From positions 3,295-67,294 of the forward strand of contig CALVQQ010000001.1 of assembly GCA_944358255.1 (NCBI GenBank): a stretch of DNA of 64,000 bases. The letters run 5' to 3'. Of the stretch, positions 42,656-52,477 are shown in pieces. The stretch is from an uncultured Bacilli bacterium. GTDB lineage: Bacteria > Bacillota_I > Bacilli_A > RF39 > UBA660. The notes under the pieces were generated by a model. It did not search any database, had not been told where the DNA came from, and saw nothing but the letters and a program-made list of their open reading frames with translations. Each line of letters opens with the position of its first letter. Positions within the stretch are counted from its first letter, which is position 1. The position numbers were made by a program, and so were the translations under genes.

Positions 42656-42799
42656 TAAACATTTACAAAAATAAGTGATTTTTTATTTTCTTACTTTTAT
42701 TTCAGTTATTGCTTGCATAATTCAGTTTAGTTTTTTTAAAAATAAATAATTTTTATTGATTTTTCGTTCTTTTTATGCGTTATATGTAAAATATTTACA

Positions 42800-43870
42800 T
42801 TATTTTGCTGTATCAGTGTATTTTGTTTTTTCACCATCAACAACTAAATTATAAGTTGCGTTTTTAATTGTAGAATCACTTATTATTAAAGTAGAGAAAT
42901 CTTCATTTGCTTCAAAGGTTATTATTTCTTCTCCGTCTTCATCTTTAAGTGTAATAATTGAGTTTTTTGATATTTTATTGTTTATATTGAAACAGACTGA
43001 TTTTTGCTTTGATGTTATTTCTGGCTTTTCTAGCATATCAGATCCTAATGCTATAACTGTTCCACCGTTTTTTACGAATCCTGAGTCGGTATCAATTCCA
43101 GCATCTCCTCCAACGGAAGAACCTATTGCATAAATATATCCACCATTTATAACTAGATTTTTGTTTGAGTCAATTCCGTCTCCATTAGCTTTGATATATA
43201 TTTTTCCGTCATTTATCGTTATTAATCCACCGTCTCCACCAGCATTTATACCATCGTCTTCACTTTCTATATTTATAACTCCTCCATTTATGGTGATGTC
43301 TTTTGTTTCTGTTGCAATGCCTTCACCTTCTAACTGATTTCCATAAACATTAAGTGTTCCTTTCCCTTCAATGGTTAAATCGCCTAATGAGTAAATGCAT
43401 GCATCATATTCACTGGAACCTCCGTCTGACAATGTATTTGTTGTACTATCTATTAGATTTATAATTAAATCATTAGTTGATATATTAGCTATTGCAGCAG
43501 TCACATTATTTTTTATTGATACTCCATTTAAATTTAATGTTACTTTATCTTTTGCATTTATCAAGATTGTATATTCAAATTCTCCTGTTATGGTGTAGTC
43601 TCCCGCTTCTGTAATTGTTATATTTGATGAATAGTCGTTTAAATTGATGTCTTTGTCCTTTATTAATATTCCGCTTTCAATGTCTTCTGCTGTTGTTTCT
43701 TTTTCTATTGTCTCTTCTTGAGATGGTGCCATTCCAAAATTTCCTGTTCGGTCATTGCTTCTTCCAATATTTTTATTTTTCATTTCGTTTACTGTTAGTA
43801 TGATTAGTATAGCTAGAACGATGATTAATATTATTATAATTATACACTCTATTATTGTTCTTTTCTTCAT
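42800..43870 (-). CDS. membrane-anchored extracellular parallel beta-helix repeat protein (Cthe_2159-like carbohydrate-binding domain protein)
   Basis: N-terminal TM anchor, then repetitive G-rich turns (…INGGVINIESEDDGINAGGDGGLITINDGKIYIKANGDGIDSNKNLVINGGYIYAIGSSVGGDAGIDTDSG…). Confidence 0.5.
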   Translation of the reverse strand: MKKRTIIECIIIIILIIVLAILIILTVNEMKNKNIGRSNDRTGNFGMAPSQEETIEKETTAEDIESGILIKDKDINLNDYSSNITITEAGDYTITGEFEYTILINAKDKVTLNLNGVSIKNNVTAAIANISTNDLIINLIDSTTNTLSDGGSSEYDACIYSLGDLTIEGKGTLNVYGNQLEGEGIATETKDITINGGVINIESEDDGINAGGDGGLITINDGKIYIKANGDGIDSNKNLVINGGYIYAIGSSVGGDAGIDTDSGFVKNGGTVIALGSDMLEKPEITSKQKSVCFNINNKISKNSIITLKDEDGEEIITFEANEDFSTLIISDSTIKNATYNLVVDGEKTKYTDTAK

Positions 43871-43910
43871 ATTTTACTCCTTTCTTCAAGTCCGTTTTTG
43901 TGTTAATTAT

Positions 43911-44120
43911 TTATGGTTCTGCTTTAAAATTTTCATCAGGCTTTTCAGGTGGCTCTTCGCCAAAATTTATTTCTGGTTTCATTTGATTGTTATTTTCCAT
44001 TTGCATATTATTTATGGATTCATTATTAGGTATTGTTTTAAAATAAATTAAAAATCCAGCCGTTGTAATAATTGATCCTAATAAAGCTCCTACTATTAAA
44101 AAAATAATCTTGTCTTTCAT
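43911..44120 (-). CDS. small single-TM protein with acidic/Pro-rich tail
   Basis: 69 aa with hydrophobic helix IIFLIVGALLGSIITTAGFLIYF. Co-directional with, and immediately upstream of, the beta-helix gene. Confidence 0.35.
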   Translation of the reverse strand: MKDKIIFLIVGALLGSIITTAGFLIYFKTIPNNESINNMQMENNNQMKPEINFGEEPPEKPDENFKAEP

Positions 44121-44249
44121 TATTCTCTCCTTTCAGTTTCATTGTTATTATACTTTTGTAACATTAAAAATAAATTAAAATATTATAATTTTTGTAAAAT
44201 TTATATGTTAATACATAAAAAAATTATCATTAACTGATAATTTTATTTT

Positions 44250-45326
44250 TTAAAATTTTTTTAATGCAAAATTTACTAAGTCTTTCACAGAATATCTATT
44301 TATGATTTTTGATTGATTTTTTGTCATTGTTTCTTGCATATTTTTATCTTTTAATAACTTCAATGTGTTTTTTACTACTTCTTCAACATCGTTTGATATT
44401 AAACTAAGTCCGTTTTTATAAAAAAACTCTGCATTATAACTTTCTACTCCAGGTATTGGCATTAGATGAATCATAGGTTTTCTTATCACTGCAACTTCAG
44501 TACTTGTGAGACCGCCAGGTTTGGTTAATACAATTTTGCTTGCTTGTATATATTCATTTATGTTGTTTACGTATCCTTTAACTATAAGGTTCGGATTGTT
44601 TATCCTTTTCAATATGGAATATAATTTATCATTATTTCCGCATATTGCTACTACGTAAGTTTCTGGAATATTTTTTAATATTGCTTCAACTATTTCTTTC
44701 ATTTTTCCAAATCCCATACTGCCTGATGTAATTAGAATAATGTATTTGTCTGTTGGTAAATTTATGCTGCTTTTTATTTCATGAAAAGAAGTTGAAACAG
44801 ATATGCCAAAATCTAACAGTACTTCTTCTTTAAAACCTTTTTTTATAAATTCTTCTTTTAATGTTTTATGTGGTATAACAAAATAGTCTGGATTTGTTTC
44901 TTCCCAAAATGGTATAGCACGGTAATCTGTCGCTACATTTATAAGTTTTATGTCTTTCCCTTCTTTTTTTAATGCGGTTATTGCCATTGAGGGAAATAAG
45001 TGTGGGCATATTACTATGTCATAGTCGTTGTCTTTTACATATTTATAAACTTTTCTTTTACCCAGTTTATTTAGGGTATATACTGGGCTAATTATTCCTG
45101 TTTTGCTATAGGTTTCTCCTAATTTATAAGCAATTTTAAATAAATCTCCATTTCCTTTCGTAGAATCTAAATATATTTTTTCTACTCTTTTTTTTGCTTT
45201 TGGACCTATAATATCAAAGTAGTCCGCAAATTTAATTTCTACATTGTTTTTTTAAATTCTCTTTCTATATAGTGTCCACAAGCATTGTGTCCGCCACCAG
45301 TACTGCAAGATAATATTAATATTTTC
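44250..45326 (-). CDS. UgtP/MGDG-synthase-like (GT28) glycosyltransferase, interrupted by a frameshift in an A7 homopolymer
   Basis: N-terminus from ATG 45324-45326 reads MKILILSCSTGGGHNACGHYIEREFKK then TM*. The run ttttttt at 45247-45253 (minus-strand A7) breaks the frame. With one extra A the frame continues NVEIKFADYFDIIGPKAKKRVEKIYLDSTKGNGDLFKIAYKLGETYSK… into the track ORF 44250..44987, which holds the GT28 C-terminal domain. Confidence 0.6.
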
Positions 45327-45681
45327 ATGGTTTCACTTCCCATTATTAAATATTTCTTATACTTAAAGTAATAACTAATATTAAAAATCTAGTTAAGTAA
45401 ATTTATTAATTTTTAATCTTTCTTTCAATTTATAAATATTATGCTTTTATTTATAGTAATAATACTAAGAATACTAAAATAAAAATACTGAAAAAATAAA
45501 CAACTTTATATATTAAAATAGTTAATCTATATAAATGATAAAGTTGTTCTATCATTTTGTAATATTTTTTTGATATTTGTATTATATTACAAATTTATGA
45601 ATTCTAAATGAACTTTGTTAACATAATCATATTTAGCTTAACTCTTATGAACATCTCTGCTTTATTTAAAAGATTTTTTAT

Positions 45682-46335
45682 TTATCTAATTGTAGGTTTA
45701 ACTATTTCAAACGTTCCAAAATGTTCATACCGGTCTTCTAGAATTTTAGAAAATACAGTGATTTGCGGCTTTATATAATAACCATTTTTATGAGACCAAG
45801 TTCCATCACTATTTTGACGTATAAAATGGAAGTCTTGAATTACTCCATTCGTAAGTGAAAGATAAACAGCAATTTTATATCCACCATGCGTATTCGCACT
45901 TTGTTCATCTGTCTCATAAGTTTGAATATTTAATGCTTGTATATCTTTTAAAAAACAATTTAAAAAAGCATTTTTGTCTTTTACAATAGTATAATAAGAA
46001 ATAGAATTAATAAAGCCAACGTTAAAAGGGAAAACATCTGTAATTTCTAATGCGCAATATTTTTTGATTAAATAATCTAAACTTGGTAAGCCTAATGCGT
46101 AGGTATAGCAATTTCCTAAAAAATATTTTGTTAAATCATCTTGAAAGTTCATATCATTACGACTTAATTTCACTAATTCTTTTAATGCTTGTAAATATAT
46201 TATTTCTATTTCAGCACTGCTTTTACATAAACTCGCTTTTTTATATAATTGAATTAGCCTAGCTTTCGCCGCAGCTTCCTTAAATAAATCTATATTAATT
46301 TTTATTTCCCCTTTCGATAAAAAATAATATAACAA
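45682..46335 (-). CDS. hypothetical protein, possible papain-fold (NlpC/P60-superfamily-like) Cys/His hydrolase
   Basis: 217 aa with …GNCYTYALGL… (Cys), roughly 50 aa later …HGGYKIAVY… (His), then a further His (…WSHKNGYY…). Spacing resembles Cys-His-His/polar triads. No detectable signal peptide. Isolated in an AT-rich gene-poor tract. Confidence 0.3.
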   Translation of the reverse strand: MLYYFLSKGEIKINIDLFKEAAAKARLIQLYKKASLCKSSAEIEIIYLQALKELVKLSRNDMNFQDDLTKYFLGNCYTYALGLPSLDYLIKKYCALEITDVFPFNVGFINSISYYTIVKDKNAFLNCFLKDIQALNIQTYETDEQSANTHGGYKIAVYLSLTNGVIQDFHFIRQNSDGTWSHKNGYYIKPQITVFSKILEDRYEHFGTFEIVKPTIR

Positions 46336-47386
46336 AACAAAAATTTAAAGTCAAGAAATATGTTTTAAATATCATTTAATACTTATTATGAAAACTGTAT
46401 ATAACCATAATTCTAAAAAAATAAAAATGTATACAGTCAAATATAACGCTTTTATATATGTTAAATAACTAATTGTTCAGTTGTGTATATAAATATTCTT
46501 GTATATATCATCAATGACTTTTAACAAGTTTTTAAAATTAAAGAATTTTCTTTTGGGGTTTAATGTATTGCCGCATGAGTTAATAAAATATATTTTATAT
46601 TTTTAATATTCTTATTTTATTAAATGATTAATTTGCTATTTTTAAATTTTGAAGTTTGTTAACGCTTTTAATTCTTTTTATACCTCTATTTTATTGCATA
46701 AGTTTATTATAAATTACAAGTTTTTTTAAAATTATTAAAATTCAGTTGTTCTACACTTTTTTGCAAAAATATTTGGAATATATAAGTTTTAATTTATAGT
46801 TTCTAATTTCGTACAATTTTGATGACAATATTTTATTCTTTTTTATAAAATCAAGTAATTTTTTAGTAATTCGATATTGTCTTCTATTTTTTTCTTTTGT
46901 TGATTACAATTGATTTCCATTTTCATCAGTAATTTGAAAACTATGAACTATTTTATTTCTAAATATTAACTAGTTCATTAAATATAATAGATATTTTATC
47001 ATTTTGTGTAACACTTGTGATTATTTCATCTATCACCGAAAGTAAATTCTTAAAAGTTTTATTAATTAAGTCTAGTTTATTATAATTTTTACTATCTATT
47101 TTCAAAATATTTTCAATAATAAATAAGTTGCTACTATTAAGCGTACACAAAGCAATTCCAAATAATTCTCTATATTTTTTACTAGGTAATGCTTGTTTGC
47201 TATATTCTTCATATATAATTAAAATTTTTCTTCCCTTTAATATTTAAATTATTGACTAAATATAAAACACATTACATAAAAAGGATGTCAACATTATAAA
47301 TATTTTTAACATCCTTTATTCATTGCATATTTTAAATTTCACTCGAACAAGTTATAATGGTTTTATATTTGTCATTATTAATTTTT

Positions 47387-47440
47387 CCTTATTTTATGCT
47401 ACTTTCCGCAGCAATTCTTGTATTTTTTCCCCGAACCACA
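47387..47440. repeat. imperfect direct repeat copy of the secA 3' terminus (attachment-site remnant)
   Basis: ccttattttatgctactttccgcagcaattcttgtattttttccccgaaccaca aligns at about 80% identity with 52478-52533. Reverse translation gives CGSGKKYKNCCGK* , the SecA C-terminal zinc-finger end. Confidence 0.7.
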
Positions 47441-47710
47441 TGAAAATCCCAAGACAGTATTTTCAGTATTATAAGTATTATCATAATTACCATTATTTCC
47501 TTATTTTACGGACATCGAGGGACTAGTACTATCAGTATTATTAGTACTATAATCAACATATATTATTCAATAAATGTGGTCAAAATGTGGTCAAATCTAT
47601 CAAACGATCTATTTAAACTATCTTGCTCACATCATAATTATACTACAATTAACTTATTTAGTAAATCAGTTGAATATAATAAAAACTCTATGTTTCAAAC
47701 ACAGAGTTTA

Positions 47711-48963
47711 TTAAGTATTAAATTTAATAGTTTCACTAATTGTATCAGATGATACCAATCTATTCATCTTATCAATAGCTTGTCTAATTTCTTCGTTTAA
47801 AGCGCTTACATAGCTTCTTTCCGTAACTTTAGTACTAGCATGACCTAATATAGCAGCAATATCCTTTAGAACCACGCCATCATGCGCTGTACGAGTGGCG
47901 AAGGTTCCTCGTAAATCATAAAAACGACAATTAGTATTTAATAGTTCCTTAATAATACTATTTGGGTCTTTAATCATATCAGTACCAGAATACGTTCCAT
48001 CTTTTCTCGTAAATACTATTTTTACTCTATTATGTTTAGAAGTATTTTCTACAACCTTATATTCTATTAACTTACCATACTTATTTCTTACTTCTTCTAA
48101 TACATATTGTTTATACTTCTTTCCATACTCTTTTTTGTACTTATTTTGTAATTTTTTATAATTACACAGTACTAAATACAGAGTGTCACAAATATAAACT
48201 TCTCTACAACTTCCAACTGTTTTAGTTGTACCTAAATACCATCTACCTTTTTTCTCGTTATCTTTGGCATATACAGTTTTATTTATTTTTATAATTCTAT
48301 TCTCTAAATCAATATCATCCCAGGTTAACGCAAATACCTCTCCTGTTCTCATTCCTGTATAACAAGCAGTAAGAAATGCACATATAAACACTTTATTATC
48401 TTTAAATCTATTCAAGATAATTTTTATTTCTTCATTAGTATAAATGTGACCTATATCATTTTTTTTAATTCAAATGATAATACTCTAGGTATTTGTAAGT
48501 CACCCGCTGGATTATTTTTAATAAATCCAAAATAATAAGTTGCATCTCTTAAAGAACTTTTAATTACTTTTTGATAATTTCTTAATGCCTCTTTCTTATT
48601 GGATGTTTGATACAATTTTAATAATGCTTGATTAAGAATATATAATGTTAATTTTGATAATTTATAATTACCTAATTCTTTTTTAATATTACTAAAAGAT
48701 TCTCTATACCTTTTTGCTGTAGAATATTTATAATTTACTTCAAAATATTCTTTCATCCAATAATCTAAATATTCAGAATATAACATTTCATATTCATTTA
48801 CTTTTTCTCCATTTATAAATTCATCATAGGCTTTTTGTCCTGCTAAATATGCTTCGTTTTTAGTTTTAAAACCTGATTTAGTAATTTGTTTTCTTTTTCC
48901 ATTTACTTTTCCTGCTTCAAAACAATACTGATATACATTTCCTCTTTTCCTAATATTGATCAT
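47711..48963 (-). pseudogene. int: phage-type tyrosine integrase, split by a frameshift at an A8 homopolymer
   Basis: N-terminal part (48451..48963) MINIRKRGNVYQYCFEAGKVNGKRKQITKSGFKTKNEAYLAG… is an arm-binding/SAM-like domain. C-terminal part (47711..48415) carries catalytic R…HxxR…Y (…LGHASTKVTERSYV…). The frames overlap at tttttttt 48459-48466; one extra A gives continuous …LKKNDIGHIYTNEEIKIILNRFKDNKVF…. Confidence 0.8.
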
Positions 48964-49004
48964 CTTATCATCTTCCTTTCTCTTTGATCATTATTATTTT
49001 ATAC

Positions 49005-49040
49005 GAAAAAACAGTAGCACCTTAAATCTACTGTTTTAAC
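49005..49040. terminator. bidirectional rho-independent terminator
   Basis: AACAGTAG / CTACTGTT stem flanked by an A-run and a T-run, between the integrase and ORF 49042..49263. Confidence 0.5.
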
Positions 49041-49041
49041 C

Positions 49042-49263
49042 TTATATTAATTTTGATAATATTTCATTTTTTTCTAATACATCTTTTGGTACTAAGTTCC
49101 CATTTTCTATTTTTATAAATTCCATTATCTGTACATTTTGTTCAACATATTTTCCTACAAATATGTATGCTAAACTACATTTTGAGATACTATTTTCTTT
49201 TAAAAACAAATTATAACTATCATCAACAGATGAGAAGTATAAATTCTTTTCCACAGGATTCAT
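49042..49263 (-). CDS. hypothetical protein (73 aa)
   Basis: ORF only; no recognisable motif. Confidence 0.25.
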   Translation of the reverse strand: MNPVEKNLYFSSVDDSYNLFLKENSISKCSLAYIFVGKYVEQNVQIMEFIKIENGNLVPKDVLEKNEILSKLI

Positions 49264-49517
49264 CTTTTTTATTCATTATTTAAAATTTTACCGGAACTTA
49301 AACGTAAATGAGCTTTTTAATAATTTTTAATTTACTATTGATAATTAAATATTTGCACTTAAAATACCAATTAAATTTAATATCTATACTAGTATAAAAC
49401 AAAATTCAACATCTTAAAAATAAAGCTATATTTACAACTTTTCAATATTCTATATTTTTAACTTAGTATTTTATGCATGAATATTTATATTTGGTGTATA
49501 ATATTTTTGAAAGGAAA

Positions 49518-50822
49518 ATGAATATGAAAAGGTTTTTAAATTTATTTTTGGTATTATTTTTATTAAGTGGGTGTAATGAAAAAGAAGTAGTTAAAGATGT
49601 TCAAGAAGATACATTGAATTATGCTTTTGTTATTGGTAAAAATGATGAGTTTCTTTTAATTCAAGATAATAAAGGAATTATATATGAAAAAAATATATCT
49701 GGTTTAAATCCTGGTGATATGATAAAAACTTATGATGATATTAGTAATTTAAATGATTATGAAATTATTTCTGATGATGATTTTCCGTTAGCTTTTAATG
49801 ATAATGGGATTTTTAAAGATTATTATAATATTTCTTATCAAAAAGTAAAAAATATGAGTTTGGATGAGAAAATTGGACAAATTTTACTTGTTAGATATCC
49901 ATCCGAAAATCAGACCGATGTTTTAGAAAAATATCAATTTGGTGGTTATGTGTTTTATGCGAAAGATTTTAATGATAAAACTAAAGATGAAGTTATTAAA
50001 ATGATTAATGATAATCAAAATGTGGCTAAAACGCCTATTTTAACTGCAGTAGATGAAGAAGGTGGTAAGGTTAATAGAATTAGTACTAATTCTAACTTAG
50101 CTAATGAACCTTTTAAATCCCCTAGGGAACTTTATTTATCTGGTGGTTTTGATTTAATCAAGGAAGATACTATTAAAAAAAGTAAATTACTTTATGAACT
50201 TGGTATTAATTTGAATTTAGCGCCTGTTGCTGATGTATCTACTAACCCTAATGACTATATGTATTCAAGAACACTTGGTGAAAACACTGATAAGACTAGC
50301 GAATATGTTAAAACGGTTATTAAATCTAGTAATGGTTTGGGTGTTACTTATACTTTGAAACATTTTCCTGGTTATGGTAATAATACTGATACTCACCAAG
50401 GAACTTCTTTGGATAATAGAAGTTATGATGATATTTTAAATAATGATTTACCTCCTTTTAAAGTTGGTATTGATGAAGGGGCTTTATCTATTTTAGTTAG
50501 TCATAATATAGTGAGTAGTATAGATTCTGATTTACCTTCTTCTTTATCTTATAAGGTTCATAATTTGCTTAGGGATAATCTTAATTTTACGGGCATAGTT
50601 ATAACTGATGATTTAGATATGGGGGCAATCGGTGATGTTAAATCATCTACTGTTAAAGCTGTTTTAAGCGGGAATGATTTAATTATTACTACTGATTATG
50701 AAAGCAGTATAAATGCAATTAAAGAAGCTATTAATAATGGTGAAATTTCTGATAAATTAATTGATAAGACTGCTACTAGAGTAATCGCTTTTAAATATTA
50801 TAAAGGCATGATAAAAGGATAA
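49518..50822 (+). CDS. glycoside hydrolase family 3 N-terminal-domain lipoprotein (NagZ/YbbD-like beta-N-acetylhexosaminidase)
   Basis: Signal peptide with lipobox LLSGC. GH3 motifs …GQILLVRYP…, …KTPILTAVDEEGGKVNRI…, …KHFPGYGNNTDTHQG…. SD AAAGGAAAA. Confidence 0.7.
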   Translation: MNMKRFLNLFLVLFLLSGCNEKEVVKDVQEDTLNYAFVIGKNDEFLLIQDNKGIIYEKNISGLNPGDMIKTYDDISNLNDYEIISDDDFPLAFNDNGIFKDYYNISYQKVKNMSLDEKIGQILLVRYPSENQTDVLEKYQFGGYVFYAKDFNDKTKDEVIKMINDNQNVAKTPILTAVDEEGGKVNRISTNSNLANEPFKSPRELYLSGGFDLIKEDTIKKSKLLYELGINLNLAPVADVSTNPNDYMYSRTLGENTDKTSEYVKTVIKSSNGLGVTYTLKHFPGYGNNTDTHQGTSLDNRSYDDILNNDLPPFKVGIDEGALSILVSHNIVSSIDSDLPSSLSYKVHNLLRDNLNFTGIVITDDLDMGAIGDVKSSTVKAVLSGNDLIITTDYESSINAIKEAINNGEISDKLIDKTATRVIAFKYYKGMIKG

Positions 50823-50838
50823 TTTTTGAGTTATCCTT

Positions 50839-51225
50839 TTAAATTTCACCAATATATTCTAATAATTTTAAGAACATTCTGATAAATTTCTTATCTAAAC
50901 CTAACTTGCCTAATTTTCTTATAGCAATTCTTTTTTTCTTAATTGGTTCTTCTCCAAATAATATTTCGTCTATTTTTTCTTTCATCTTTAATTCATTACT
51001 ACCTGTAGCAATATTATATAATTCATCTATTCTCGTAATAAGATGATTAATTAAAATCATTACTATGATAAGGATAACCATATAATAAAAGCTAAACATA
51101 AAACTACCAAATACTGCAAAATGTACAACTAATAGAAGGATTTCTGGTAATAATAAAAATCCTATAACAAACATTATTAATAATTCTTTTTCATTTAATT
51201 TTTTCTTAATTATCATAAATATCAA
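50839..51225 (-). CDS. hypothetical membrane protein
   Basis: 128 aa with 2 predicted TM helices. Separated from the next ORF only by an in-frame TGA. Confidence 0.35.
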   Translation of the reverse strand: MIFMIIKKKLNEKELLIMFVIGFLLLPEILLLVVHFAVFGSFMFSFYYMVILIIVMILINHLITRIDELYNIATGSNELKMKEKIDEILFGEEPIKKKRIAIRKLGKLGLDKKFIRMFLKLLEYIGEI

Positions 51226-51459
51226 TCAAAAAATAAGCATTATAATCATTACATTATATACATCGGTAATTAAATATATAATCATATTCACATTAAATAT
51301 TGTTACTCCAGATAAATATATAATACTTTGAGTAATTAATAATACAAATATAAATAGAGAAAACATTAATATAAATATCCTTAACACCTTTAATAGATTA
51401 GATATTTTATGATATGTTTGCATTCTTTTATTATTTCCTTCATCTTTCCAGTACTCCAT
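51226..51459 (-). CDS. hypothetical membrane protein
   Basis: About 77 aa from MEYWKDEGNNKRMQ… with 2 TM helices. The upstream part of the track ORF overlaps the istB remnant on the other strand, so the internal Met was chosen. Confidence 0.3.
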   Translation of the reverse strand: MEYWKDEGNNKRMQTYHKISNLLKVLRIFILMFSLFIFVLLITQSIIYLSGVTIFNVNMIIYLITDVYNVMIIMLIF

Positions 51460-51485
51460 AGCACTACTATCATATAAGTCTTTAT

Positions 51486-51940
51486 ATAACTGCTGGAGTT
51501 GGTAAAACACATTTAGCAGTTTCTTTAGGGATAGAAGCAGCTAAACATAGAAAAAGTGTTTACTTTATTACTTGTCATAATCTTATGACAAAATTAAATA
51601 AAGCACAAAAAGAAAATAGATTAGATAAGCAATTGCAACATTTAGCACAGTATAAATTGTTAATAATAGATGAAATTGGTTATTTACCTGTAGACCATCA
51701 AGGATCTAATTTATTATTTCAATTAATTGCTAAAAGATATATGACTAAATCTACAATTGTAACAACAAATATGCCGTTTTCAAGATGGGGGGGGAAGTAT
51801 TTAGTGATAATACTTTAGCAAGTGCAGTATTAGATAGGTTACTTCATTATTCACATATTATAAGAATTACAGGTAATTTTTATAGAATTAAAGATAAAAT
51901 TGTAGAATCTGACTCAAGAACAAATAAATATAATGAATAA
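51486..51940 (+). pseudogene. istB: IS21-family IstB (ATP-binding helper) remnant, 5'-truncated and frameshifted at a G8 run
   Basis: Begins at Walker A ITAGVGKTHLAVSLGIEAAKHRKSVYF…IIDEIGYLPVDHQGSNLLFQLIAKRY…NMPFSRWGG. Frame breaks at gggggggg 51787-51794, then continues EVFSDNTLASAVLDRLLHYSHIIRITGNFYRIK… No IstB N-terminus or istA is present. Confidence 0.7.
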
Positions 51941-52148
51941 AATTCTTTGTTTCTTTCTTATAAGAAAGAAAGCCTATCGGCGAGATAGACTTATAACACT
52001 GCTGGTTTCTTGTTTTACTTCTTTTTCATAAAAGAAGTAAAGCCACCGGCAGGTAGAAATATAATTTTCCTTAAATATTGAGAATGTGCTAGTAATAAAA
52101 ATTATAAGTTTTTAACTTTGACATATTTTTAAGTTTTGATGTTGACAT

Positions 52149-52259
52149 TTACATTTTAAATCCAGATTTACTTTTGAATTTTCTTTTCCCACCTTGGGGA
52201 GCAATTTCAAACTTATACTGAAATACCTTTCCTCTTTTTACTACATTTACTTTTCTCAT
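52149..52259 (-). pseudogene. second tyrosine-integrase N-terminal stub (36 aa), paralogous to the integrase at 48963
   Basis: MRKVNVVKRGKVFQYKFEIAPQGGKRKFKSKSGFKM* parallels MINIRKRGNVYQYCFEAGKVNGKRKQITKSGFKTK… and terminates prematurely. Lies about 230 nt downstream of the secA stop. Confidence 0.55.
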
Positions 52260-52477
52260 TACACAATTCCTTACTTTATGTAAACGGAGTTATCTTTAAC
52301 AAAAAAGTTAGCAAATGAATGCTAACTTTTTTGTTTCCAAAATTGTTTCCAAAAATTTTTCCCTTATTTTATAAGGCTTTTCAGAGGTTTTGGTAACATC
52401 TTTTTTAATTTTGGAAACAAAATGGAAACAAATCGACTATTTTTTATGATTTTTTGATTTTTAAAACCTTCGCAAAC

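Noticed and set aside
45341-47386. Searched for a third copy of the secA-terminus repeat and for CRISPR or tandem repeats in the gene-poor tract
   Set aside because: No further copy of the cagcaattctt core was found, and no regularly spaced direct repeats. The tract looks like simple AT-rich spacer or decayed DNA.
47323-47526. 67 aa plus-strand ORF at 47323..47526
   Set aside because: It is the antisense reading of the duplicated secA 3' end (att repeat), with no RBS. Treated as a spurious ORF.
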